Shown here in pieces: positions 38,452-48,499 of a DNA stretch of 64,000 nucleotides. The DNA is from Chara braunii (lineage: Eukaryota > Plantae > Charophyceae): contig BFEA01000012.1 in the NCBI GenBank assembly GCA_003427395.1, positions 2,264,331 to 2,328,330 of the forward strand, given 5' to 3'. Position numbers and translations under genes: made by a program. The first letter of the stretch is position 1, and each line of letters begins with the position of its first letter. The notes under the pieces are model-generated. The model was given only the letters and a program-made list of their open reading frames with translations. It was not told where the DNA came from and made no database searches.

Positions 38452-38850
38452 TATCCACTATCCCAGCGCCTTGCGGCCTACCTGCACTCTGCCACCCTAC
38501 AAGCGTATGAGGGCCGATGTGGCCTTGCCCTCATTTAATACTGTCGACCTTCCCTTGCACGCCACTTTGCCCTTTCCTCTGCTACTCCCTGATTGGCCCA
38601 GCATTCCTGCGTCGGATCCAAGTATTGTCCTATGCAGCCGCTCAATCTCTCTCGATTGCAGGCGTCGCGTACGTGCTGGACTGTCGTGCAAATCCCAGGT
38701 AGTTCACGTGCGTGTCCAGGTCCGAAAACACCCGGGCATTCAAATTTCAGAAGACACTCCTTGCTTTCCCCGCCCGAAATCCGTTATTTCAAAAGACACT
38801 CCTTTTTTTTATATTTTTTTTATTATTATTATTGGGGTGATCACAACTGT

Positions 38851-39250
38851 CTATATTCTTCTCTCAACTTCTGTTTGTTTACCTTCCACTACCTACTCCT
38901 AAGACTATCTAGAGGGGACCCCTGCAAGCATAGTTTTCCTCTCTCTGTGAAGGGGAGATTTCATGTTGCCCCTTGCCCCTAATGGTTAGGGTATAGGGTT
39001 GGGGCCGCCAGTGGGGGTCTGGCTAACACAAAGACCGAGACCTGCCAGTAGCTGTGCCTCCCTTTCTCATCGTCCCCCACGCTTCATCGAGTAGCAGCAG
39101 AGGCTATGGCCAACAGTCTCCCACATCCCTCCTAAATTCAAAAGCCACGCAAGCTCCGTCCTACTCTACCGTGCGTGCTATATTTAGGAGCAATGATGCC
39201 TGTGCGAGCCAACGGACTTTTTTATTTTTTTATTATTATATAATCGTTAC
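38851..39250 (+). repeat. Repeat family R, inverted copy
   Basis: CTATATTCTTCTCTCAAC...CCTAAGACTATCTAGAGGGGACCCCTGCAAGCATAG is the reverse complement of 60044-60131. Confidence 0.75.
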
Positions 39251-40569
39251 TACCTCTAGACTAGTATACAGCCGCCAGTTCCCCCCCCCCCCAACAAAAA
39301 AAAAGTACAGCCACCAGAGGCGGATCCTACCTGGTAATTTCCCCCCAAGTAACTACGGTACAGCACGGTCCCCTGTGTGGTTGCTACTAATTCTCTTGCT
39401 CTTCTTCCTCTTTTACATTCATGAACTCCTCACCCTGCTCCGTTGTGCCTTTTCGTCTTCTCCTTTTTTTTTGTCCTCCGTTTCTCTTTTCTGTCTCCTC
39501 TTTTTTGTTTTTATTGCCGCCTTTGTCTTATCAACTCCTTTCCTTCTTCTTTTTGCCTATTTTGTCTTTTATGTGATTGATATGATTTGATTGACGGATT
39601 GATTGATCTGATTGATTGGATTGATTGGATGGATTGATTGATTGATCGACTGATTCATTCATTCATTCATGGGATTGATAGACTCGTGGGATTGATAGAC
39701 TGATGGATTGATTGATGGATTGATTGATGATGGATTGATTGATGGTGACGATGTCATGAAGATGACATCTTCGGTGTTATTGTTGGTGATGATGTCATGA
39801 AGATGACATCGTCTTTGGCGATGTTGTTCGCGGCACTGTGAGCTTTTTTGTTTTTTGCCATTGTTGTCGATGTCATTGTGGTCCTTGCGCTGTCTGTGAA
39901 GAGGGGAGAAGGACGGCAGTGGTGAGGGGAGGGGAGGATGAGGAGGGTAGCGGCAGCGACAATTACACCAGGGATGACTATGAAAGTAGGAAGGTATACC
40001 CACGACGATTGTGAAAATAAGAAGGAAAAAGAAGATGATGCTGCAAACGAGAAGAAAAGGAAAGATGATGATGAGGGAGAAGCGGTTTTTCATTACTTGC
40101 TTTTGCTTTTTTCTTCTTCCCCTCGTTTGTCCTCTTCCCATCCGTCGTTGTCATTTATGGTTGTCGTCACGGTTGTTGTCCTTGTCGAGGGGAGGAGACA
40201 TCACTTCTCTCTCTTGGTGTCTGTGCCTGATGCGTGGTGTTGATTACTGCTGCCGCTGCATTGATGACCTGTGTCCTCCCTCCCCGCCTACGATCTTCGC
40301 CCAATTAAACGTATTTGAATTTGTTTTTTGCCCAGTCGGGGCTGTTCGTCTGCAAAGATTGATGGCCTAGATTGGGCCTTTTCTTGGTGGATTTATGACC
40401 ATCCCACAAGGCCAATCTTGTTCTCTTTTCCCGAATTTGAATGTTCTCACCATCTCACAATGCTTCTTGAAACATCGCAAGTTCACACTTCATCTCTCTC
40501 TCTCTCTCCCCCTCGCTCTCTGCTCAGGATTGCCTTCTTCTCTCCCTCTCTCTTTAGTCCTTAAGCTAT

Positions 40570-40925
40570 GGGCGATGGGCGCAGTGGAGTACCCTAGTAG
40601 ACTCCTACCCTACTTGACTCCTTCTCAGCCTCACTCGACGTTGGGCGCTGTGGACTAACCTTGACTCCTACCTTAGTTGAGTCCTACCCTACTCGACTCC
40701 CTCTCAGCCTCACTCGGTGTTGGGCGTTGTTGACGACCCTACTCGACTCCATCCCTACGCGAGTCCTGCCCTACTCTACTCCCTCTCAGCCTTACTTGGC
40801 GTTGGGTGCTGTGGACTACCCTACTCGACTCCTACCCTACTCGAGTCTCTACTCCATCTCAGCCTCACTCGCCGTTGGGCGCTGTCGACTACCCTACTCA
40901 ACTCGCGCTCAGCCTCAGTCGACGC
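40570..40925 (+). repeat. Minisatellite, ~65-80-bp unit built from CCCTACTCGACT subunits, ~5 copies
   Basis: GTTGGGCGCTGTGGACTACCCTACTCGACTCC...CTCAGCCTCACTCG recurs. Confidence 0.9.
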
Positions 40926-41258
40926 TTGAATGCAAAAGGCGACAGCAGTGCTGCTGTGATGTGCTTGAATGGAAACTGTGTTGTGTTCTGGCTGCTGCTG
41001 GACTTTGATATTTGATGTAGTGTAGTTCCCAGTCTGACCTGACTGTCGCGTGGACTCACAGAATCCTGAAGACCTATAGAGCTGACTGTACAGGCTGATC
41101 TACCAGACCCAGGGATGCTACCGTATTACTAGGCCTACTGGTTTGGCTTTAAACCTCCGGTGTACCCAAAGCTAAAAGTGCAGGCCTAAAATTGAGGGTG
41201 GTGCCGTGTGGGGAACCAAAAGAAACACAGACGATACCATGCGAAGTTTGTGGGTTGT

Positions 41259-42473
41259 ATGTAGAGAAGAAAGAATGCAAGCGCCTTCATAGACCCCGTA
41301 ACGACTGACTCGAAAGAGGAGAGCATGATTGATTTTACGCTAATACGGCAGTACTCAGCGAATTTCATTTCAATGGAGGATCTAGTTAGTTCCTGAGGCG
41401 AGCGGCTCGACTGACTCCTAGTCGTATTGGATCTAGCATATGGAGATGGAAAGCGTAGACGTATGACGCCGCCTTTGGTCTACGGGGTGAGATACACACC
41501 CAACTCACAAAAATTGGTGACTACACATTCCACGTTATCCTCTTCCACCATACCTTAGCAGCCCACAGGGTGTGATCCTCCCCTACGCACTCTGCGCTTT
41601 GCTGGCAATCCTGCAGACTCGCCTCTGCGGTAGCCTATGCAGTGGTCCCACCGGCCGGCTCAGCGGTCCCTTGTGGTCGGCGGATTGCAACAACCGCCAC
41701 AGGTGGAAGGGGGGTCATCCCACTGCTGCGAGCGGGCTTTGCAGTTGTAAAGGGGATGTGGAGTCCTTGAGGAAGAGAGGAAGAGGGAGGTAGGGAGGGA
41801 GGGAGGGAGGGAGGGAGGGAAGGAGGGAAGGAGGGAGGGATGGGGCGAGGTGGTGACGGAGGGGAGGGAGGGAGTTCTTGCCAATTCATTGGAAGTTGGC
41901 ATCCAGAGGTTGCCAATATATCAATAATAACTGAATATAGTTTCTGTCTAATACTTTCTAAATGTATTGTACTACATATACGTCCAGGTCCAGGTGAAGC
42001 TGATGGCAATCACATCCAGAGAACACAAAAAGGGAGTTCTAGTGACCTAGTGCGAGTATGCCCTCAAAAATGCCAGTTCCCGGCTCTTTGCCGTGAGAGG
42101 CAAGCACTGAAACAAGCAGAATCTTCTCAGCGAAACGACCGGAATCTGAGTCCACAATCCATACTCGAGCAACAGTCTTGTGAACATATCCGACTGCAAT
42201 TATGGCCAGGAGTGGATGAATCCTATAGCGAACGCATGTTCACACTGGGACTTTTTTGAAGGCGGCGTCATACGTCTATGTTTTCCATCTTCATTTGCTA
42301 GATCCAATACGACTAGGATTCAGTCGAGCCTCCTCTCACTGTAGGAACTAACTAGATCCTCAATTGAAATGAAATTGGGTGAGTACTGGCGTATTAGCAT
42401 GAAATCAATCATGCTCTCCTCTTTCGAGTCAGTCTCTACGGGGTCTCTATGAAATTGCTTTCCTTTCTACTAC
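41259..42473. repeat. ~215-bp inverted repeat pair (41259-41476 / 42257-42473) around a ~780-bp spacer
   Basis: GACTGACTCGAAAGAGGAGAGCATGATTGATTT...AGACGTATGACGCCGCCTT vs AAGGCGGCGTCATACGTCT...AAATCAATCATGCTCTCCTCTTTCGAGTCAGTC. Confidence 0.9.
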
Positions 42474-42539
42474 AAAGTGCTGGATGTGATTGCCATCTGA
42501 TTCATCCTGGCCTCGGCATAATTGTGGTGGGATGCATTC

Positions 42540-43560
42540 AGGAAACTGTGGCATGAGTGAGTGCCAGCAGTTTCCTAAATGTACCCAACAATTTTAGCCG
42601 CTCCTGGATCAATCCGACTCTATCACGTCCAGAGCTTAGTACAAAAAGTCCTGTGCGAGTATGCAAGCACTTCGCCCTCTCTTGCTGGCAGGGAAGAACA
42701 AAAAAGAAGGAAGAAAAAAAAAACACTATCTTTGCATGTGAGAGCAGCGGCCTGTATCTGGCCATAGAAGGCCAGATAGGTGAGATGGCGTGCCGTAGAG
42801 TTTGCCTTGGGTGGTGGATGAGTGAAAACAGCTGCCTCTTCGTTCCATCTTCTCTCAGTATATGGCCAGCCATCAATCCGAGAGAGGCCCGTATTGGTAG
42901 CACCCTCGATTTTCTGAGGGGTGTTGCTGGTTGCTTCTGCAGGGTCGTACCAAATGGAAAAATTTGGCTTCCACAGGGTACGACCATCCGTTTTCCAAGG
43001 GCCGTGCATGTGTTTCCACACGAGCGGACACTCTCGTGGAAAACGTATGAGCCCGTTCGCCCTTCTCCATTGGGCCCACCAGATTCCTCCCCCATTGCAC
43101 TACTGGGCCTTCCGCGAGCCCCAAAATTGTTGGAGTAGGGAATGAAACATTTTCCACGAGTCTGGGGCCGTGAACTGGTGGTTTGATAAATGGGACTTGG
43201 GCGTTTGGAAATTCTGTGAGTGGGACTGGGACTTGGCATAGAAATGTGTGAAATCCTGTCAGAATACTTATTGTGAGGGGTGTGGCCCAGCCCCCTACGC
43301 TCCTGAGGGGTGTGAAAAACCGGGAACCTGTGCCTATTTTGTTCAGGGCCCAGATATCCAATGTACGGAACCATCTGGCTGGAGGCATCCTGCCGGATGA
43401 TCAGGATGACATGGGCACCCAGATATCCGGGTGGGCTATAGGCTTTGTAGTGGCTGCATGACTACTTTCAATTTTCTTGACCCCTCTTGGACGATTGAAG
43501 CCAATCTGATCATTATTAGACCATAATCACCCCAAGATTCCTTTTGGCCGAGCTTGCGAT
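42540..43560 (-). pseudogene. Probable degenerate LINE ORF2 C-terminal fragment
   Basis: Overlapping long minus-strand frames, Trp/Pro-rich, no catalytic motif recognised. Confidence 0.25.
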
Positions 43561-44104
43561 CAAATACATCCTTGAAAGTATTTCCGTGAGTATGCCGTCA
43601 GTCAGGAGGGGGGAAACCCAGAGGAGCAGTGGACGACGCATAGATGCATTTGTCAATTATTCCATGGCCTTGTGACGACCCTCTGCATCACATCTTATTT
43701 CTTGTGTGTTCTAGCCTGGTTCTCATGTTCCCGTACTCCATATGTAAAGGCCAGTGAATTCGTCGCTGGCCACTGGTCCAGAATATGAAATGCACGTGTT
43801 ACTGCGAGAAGGATGCGTGAACTCCCGCATGAGCTTTAGGCCTTTCAGTAGGTAATCGCATGGCGGGCGATCAACTCGCGGCGGACAGGATGAGTTAGAA
43901 GCTTTATGACGCTTAAGTAAGAGGAAGACATTTTATACTCGGTTTGCCGTTGGGTGCAGTCTGAGAAAACACCGAAAAAAGTTCGATTTAGTATTCTCAA
44001 ATTCCCAGAGTGTACAGTTAAACATAGAGCCTGCTCAGCCGTTTAGTATCGAAAAAAAAAATACGCCTTGTTACGTCTTATCCATCATTATACATACCAA
44101 GCGA

Positions 44105-44210
44105 CAGTCTTCCAAAACAATACAACGTATGGTCATTATAGCTGAATTTGGGGTATCTTTCAGTCTAAATACAGCTATAGTGAACATATGTTGTATTGGG
44201 GGGGAAATGG
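44105..44210. mobile_element. Second copy of the ~110-bp hairpin MITE
   Basis: ACAACGTATGGTCATTATAGCTG...TCTTTCAGTCTA...CAGCTATA...GTTGTATTGGGGGGGAAATGG|TA aligns to 38019-38129. Confidence 0.75.
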
Positions 44211-44942
44211 TAGCTGGTCTCTGGAGGGTCGTCGGATGGGCAGCTTTCAGTTGATCGGTAGCGTAGCTCTTCGCTTAGTGCACTGGCTGAGTACTTCTAC
44301 AAGCTCGGCAACAATTGACCGGCGAACCACAATTTGATTGGTTGATCTGATTGCATTCTGAACAATTATGTGCTGATTGGTTGATTACTCACAGATCAAC
44401 CTAGTGTTTGCTAATAGGTTGAGTGCCCACTGATTAGTTAGTAGCGTTGATTGGTTGGCTGCTTGCTGAGTGGCTGGTTCGTCATTGACCTGCTGGCAGC
44501 CGTTGGTTAATTGTCCACTGATCGACAGGCAGTTCACTGATAGATTGGCAGCGCACCATTCGAGCTGTTGCCAGCTGATTGGTCAATTACCCTCTGATCA
44601 AATGGCCGTTTACTGACAGATTGGCTGCTCACTGATTTGTCGACTGTCCTTCGAGGAACTAGCCATTGGCCGACCGTCTGATTGCCCACTGTGAGATTCA
44701 TCGTCTGCTGATCATTCGCTGATCGTTGGACTGTTCACCAAGAGATGGATCGTTTGCTAAATTGTTGAACTGTCCACCGATAGACTGCTCGTTTGCTGAC
44801 GGGCTCATTGTATACCTTGATGTCAGTTGTCTGCTGATTGGCTGACTGGCTAGGGGGAGATTGGCAGTCTACTGATTGGCTGACTGGTGACCTGGGATTA
44901 GGCTTACACTGATTCATTAGTCGCTTGCCAACTGCTCTGATC

Positions 44943-45525
44943 TGATAACGAAGAGAGCACCTACGAATTTGGAGATCACTCTTTGATAGGCTTGTTTCCA
45001 GTTACCCTTAGCTCGATTGGTGGATCATCCTTGCGTAAACAACGCTATCAATGGTCAACTCTAATGTCACAGGCCCATACCGATGGAGTATATGGTGATT
45101 GCTATTCATGATAACGGTAGCGTTCTATCCGCTGGGTAAAGCAAGTGATTTGGGGGTCGCACCCCAAAGATCAGCCCCAGCCCCAAAGAAGAGTACATGT
45201 CTACCCCTACTCTCTCCAGGACATACACCTCCCACCTTGTATAGTCTTCACAAGATGAGGCTCCCGTCCTCCGGGCAAAGAGACCCGACCCAAACACCTT
45301 CCACCTTGTATAGTCTTTGCATGATACAGCTCCCATCCTCGGAGCAAATAGACACGACTCTGAAGGAGATACTCTCGGGCAATCCGTACACCCAAAAAGC
45401 CTCGTCCAAAAGCACACATGAAAACCCCTCGTCAGATTGAACCAGCATCCCTACGAAAGAAGTGCTCGTGAATATGAAAGTGAGCATTCTAATCAAGAAT
45501 TTTGATCGATGCGTGACACCCATCA
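44943..45525. mobile_element. Possible solo LTR
   Basis: TGATA...CATCA termini, abrupt composition change, internal 67-bp duplication; no clean 5-bp TSD. Confidence 0.35.
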
Positions 45526-45666
45526 ACTCGAGACCATAACAATTATAATGTAATCCAACAATAACCTAAAAGAATATAGGAATTGCACATTACAAATTTA
45601 GGAATTGGGAAAACAAGAATTTGGATTTGGGGGATTTATAATTTAGGATAGGCATTAAAGATTTAA

Positions 45667-45852
45667 ACCATCAGTTGCCTTTACCGCTGATGAGAAAAGT
45701 GGGAGTATAACTTGTACCACATTCTTCAGGGGACTGGGCCCAGTGGCAGCCGCAGTTGATAAATTTCATTAGCGCGTGCTGTCGTGTTTCGGCCTCTATG
45801 GAACTTGCGGGGACCCTCCCCGAGTTCGATGTATGAGAAGGGTAGTGGTGGT
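45667..45852 (+). mobile_element. TTAA-flanked MITE (empty relative of 46168-46973)
   Basis: TTAA|ACCATCAGTTGCCTT ... AAGGGTAGTGGTGGT|TTAA. Confidence 0.65.
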
Positions 45853-46264
45853 TTAAGAATTATGAATTAAGAAATTAAGAAGTAAACTGAGCGTAATCGG
45901 GAAAAAATTAGGAGTTATAAATTAGGAATTTGGGATAAGAGATTTACGATTTAGGAATTTGGAATCTAAGAATTTGAAATGTAAGAAAGTAGGAATTGTT
46001 GATTTAGATTTAGGAAGTGTAAAAGGAAACGAACCAAATCTACAAAATACGAGAATAGTAGATGGAAAATGTTAGAGTACTCAAGTACAATTTTGAAAAT
46101 GCATACTTTGGGCAAGGTTTTACAACGGCATAGCAAGCCAGCGCCATGATCGTGGATTGATTGTGAAACCATTAGTACCTTTCCCATATATTGGCCGAGG
46201 CCGGTCACATTACTGAAACCTGTCAGTTGCATTAATTTAATTAATGAAAAACAAAACCACACAT

Positions 46265-46387
46265 ATGCCTACAATGAATCAATTAACTCGTCATGTTAGA
46301 GAATCAAAACGACGTACGCAACATACTTGAGCTTTAAATCGATGTCCTCAAAAGCAAGGAGTATGCCTTCGTGTTTATGCAAGAACA
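46265..46387 (+). pseudogene. rps12: NUMT fragment: mitochondrial ribosomal protein S12, 5' part
   Basis: [48 protein letters not shown] is the plant-mitochondrial form. Confidence 0.9.
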
Positions 46388-46433
46388 ACACTGGCGAGTC
46401 CCACTCGAATACTTTTTCAACAGACAATACAAT

Positions 46434-46460
46434 TGAACCTTTCCATATAGATCGTGACAT
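46434..46460 (-). pseudogene. rps19: NUMT fragment: start of mitochondrial ribosomal protein S19
   Basis: MSRSIWKGS directly downstream of the rpl2 end, the conserved rpl2-rps19 order. Confidence 0.75.
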
Positions 46461-46464
46461 GACA

Positions 46465-46692
46465 TAATTCTTTTGTTTTCTTACTGTTTTATCCACCATT
46501 GGTTGGTTTTCCCCAAGGAGAAATGAACCTTCGGCCTCCTTTTGTAAGTTCTTCTCCTTCTCCATGAGGATGGTCACAACGGGTCATCTTCCTAACCATT
46601 TACTTTGCCTTCTTGTCCTAAAATTATGCTTACCATGATTCTAATTTGAAACAATACCAATGGTAGTTTGACATTGAGAAACAAATAAATAG
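46465..46692 (-). pseudogene. rpl2: NUMT fragment: mitochondrial ribosomal protein L2, 3' part
   Basis: SQCQTTIGIVSN*NHG...[38 protein letters not shown] matches the L2 C-terminal signature, with a short deletion. Confidence 0.9.
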
Positions 46693-46718
46693 TAGTAAAA
46701 AAAAAAGGCTCGAAGAGT

Positions 46719-46843
46719 GTGATTACTGTTGGAACATATTTACAAGTGGCTGATAATTCAGGTGAAAAAATCGTACAGTGTATCACAGTCTGGCATCCTT
46801 TCAAAAAACAAAGAGCTATTATAGATGATATTATAATAATGTC
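46719..46843 (+). pseudogene. rpl14: NUMT fragment: ribosomal protein L14, 5' part
   Basis: (M)ITVGTYLQVADNSGEKIVQCI...AIIDDIII matches the L14 N-terminus (VADNSGA...IGD). Confidence 0.85.
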
Positions 46844-48045
46844 GGGGGAGTATCGGAAACCCGAAACGAAAAATGGGTCGCTAATTCAATTTATCAATGG
46901 TCCCCCCCCCCCCACTTGGCTTCTGCGTTACGCGACGTGTTTTAAATTTCAAGCGGGGAAAGGTATTGGTGGTTTAAGAAATATCAGATCACGTATTGAA
47001 TTATAGTCATATCACAAAAACAGAAATATGATTGTACCATCAGAACATCATGTCATGTATTGAGTTACAGACGTCGCATAAGAATCGAAATATGATCGTA
47101 CTCTAAACCATCAGTGCACACAGTTTGTCCTGGGGCAGGCATTGGATGATGTAACGGCTTCCCTATTTCTATCTGTATCTGAATTATCACCCCACTCGTC
47201 TCTTTCTGAATTACCACCCCACTTGTCTCTTTAGTTCGATTTAGTTTCGTAGGGACGAACGTCATCGAATTTAAGAGACTATCGAGGATATTCCACATGC
47301 AACCCTGCTTTTCTCTCCTTGCCTCCTTTTTGTTTTGTATGATGCATGGTGTGAGTTTATGGTAATGATTGATGTGTTGTTTTTGAGTTTTATTCTTTCG
47401 TTCTAGGTAGGATTAACTCAGATTTGTCCATAACGCCTTTCAGCCCTCGAGCGAAGCAAACAAAATGACATATTAAGTAGGCGAACGGACACTTACGAGC
47501 TCAGGCCATGTGGATTGACCACACAAGTCCGACTGGGCACCGACCTCGCGTACCCCCATAACGACCATTCCCATCTAACGAGGAAAACTCACGTGTACTC
47601 TGTGAGTGGGACGGACGAGAAGCCGTCACAAAGATCGAAGGATGTTATTATTTCCCTCTGGAAACGAGGTATTCTGGGTTCGTGGGTGCTTGATTTGTGA
47701 TGTCAATACTCATTTTCCGCCCCATTCCTTGTTATGACCCTTCAATGAGTGATTGTCATCTTGTGTACGACAGTTGCACACCATCAGCCTAATACTCTGC
47801 AACGGTTGCTGCCACATAGAGCATTATTGGAAAAAACAATTCCACTATCGGACATGTGGCGAGGAGAAGTTTAAGGAAAGAGTGATCGGGCACATGGCGA
47901 GAACAAGTTTCAGGAAAGAGCGACCAGACTGCGACATTCCACATGGGATTCTAAACTCTGTGATAAGCGATGGCGGGATCTAATATGAAACTGTGATCCC
48001 ACGTGCGTACCCCCGCTTTTCGAAAAGCCGACATGTAGCACGGTC

Positions 48046-48279
48046 CGCATGGAAGTTCAAATATACTTTATGGATTCGATAAACATTGACAACTTCGCGC
48101 ATCGACCTTTTTTAAGCGGCGATGGCTATTTCTCACTAAAATTGGGACCACACCTTGCCTTTTGAAAAACTGTTGTGTAGCTCGCATGGAAGTTTGAAGA
48201 TACTTTATGGATTAGACAACTGCCTGCGCTCGCTTTTTCTGCGCGGCGATGGCTATTTCTCGCTAAAATTGGGACCACA
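48046..48279 (+). repeat. Tandem duplication, ~137-bp period
   Basis: CGCATGGAAGTT...ATACTTTATGGATT...GCGGCGATGGCTATTTCTC.CTAAAATTGGGACCACA occurs twice. Confidence 0.85.
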
Positions 48280-48499
48280 TGGGAGATTTTAGTTATGTTT
48301 GTTTCTCCACAATCAATTTTCCCAAAATCGTTGGCACACCCCTTTTTGTTGTTCTTTCAGTTTTTTTTTTTTTTGCAGTTTAGACACTCCAATCGGTAGA
48401 CAACATAGAGCGTGAGGTTGGTATCGGCGTCGACACGTGTCGGTTTTGGAAGTAGCGAGAAGAGCTGTTACCCGAAGCCGATCAGCGGAAGCAAAAGCA

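Larger units (their letters stand above)
46168..46973 (-). mobile_element. TTAA-type MITE interrupted by ~640 bp of mitochondrial DNA
   Basis: 46168-46197 and 46841-46973 together align with the reverse complement of 45667-45852; ends ACCATTAGTACCTTTCCC / GGGAAAGGTATTGGTGGT|TTAA. Confidence 0.65.

Noticed and set aside
42100-42250. Tyrosine-recombinase-like C-terminal pattern (HTRA...IMARSG)
   Set aside because: Too short and stop-ridden to support a DIRS call.
45560-46020. Interstitial telomeric repeat
   Set aside because: TTAGGAAT-like low complexity with no run of TTTAGGG.
48419-48430. Primer-binding site TGGTATCGG upstream of the Gypsy gag
   Set aside because: Only a partial match to tRNA-iMet and not preceded by an LTR CA end.
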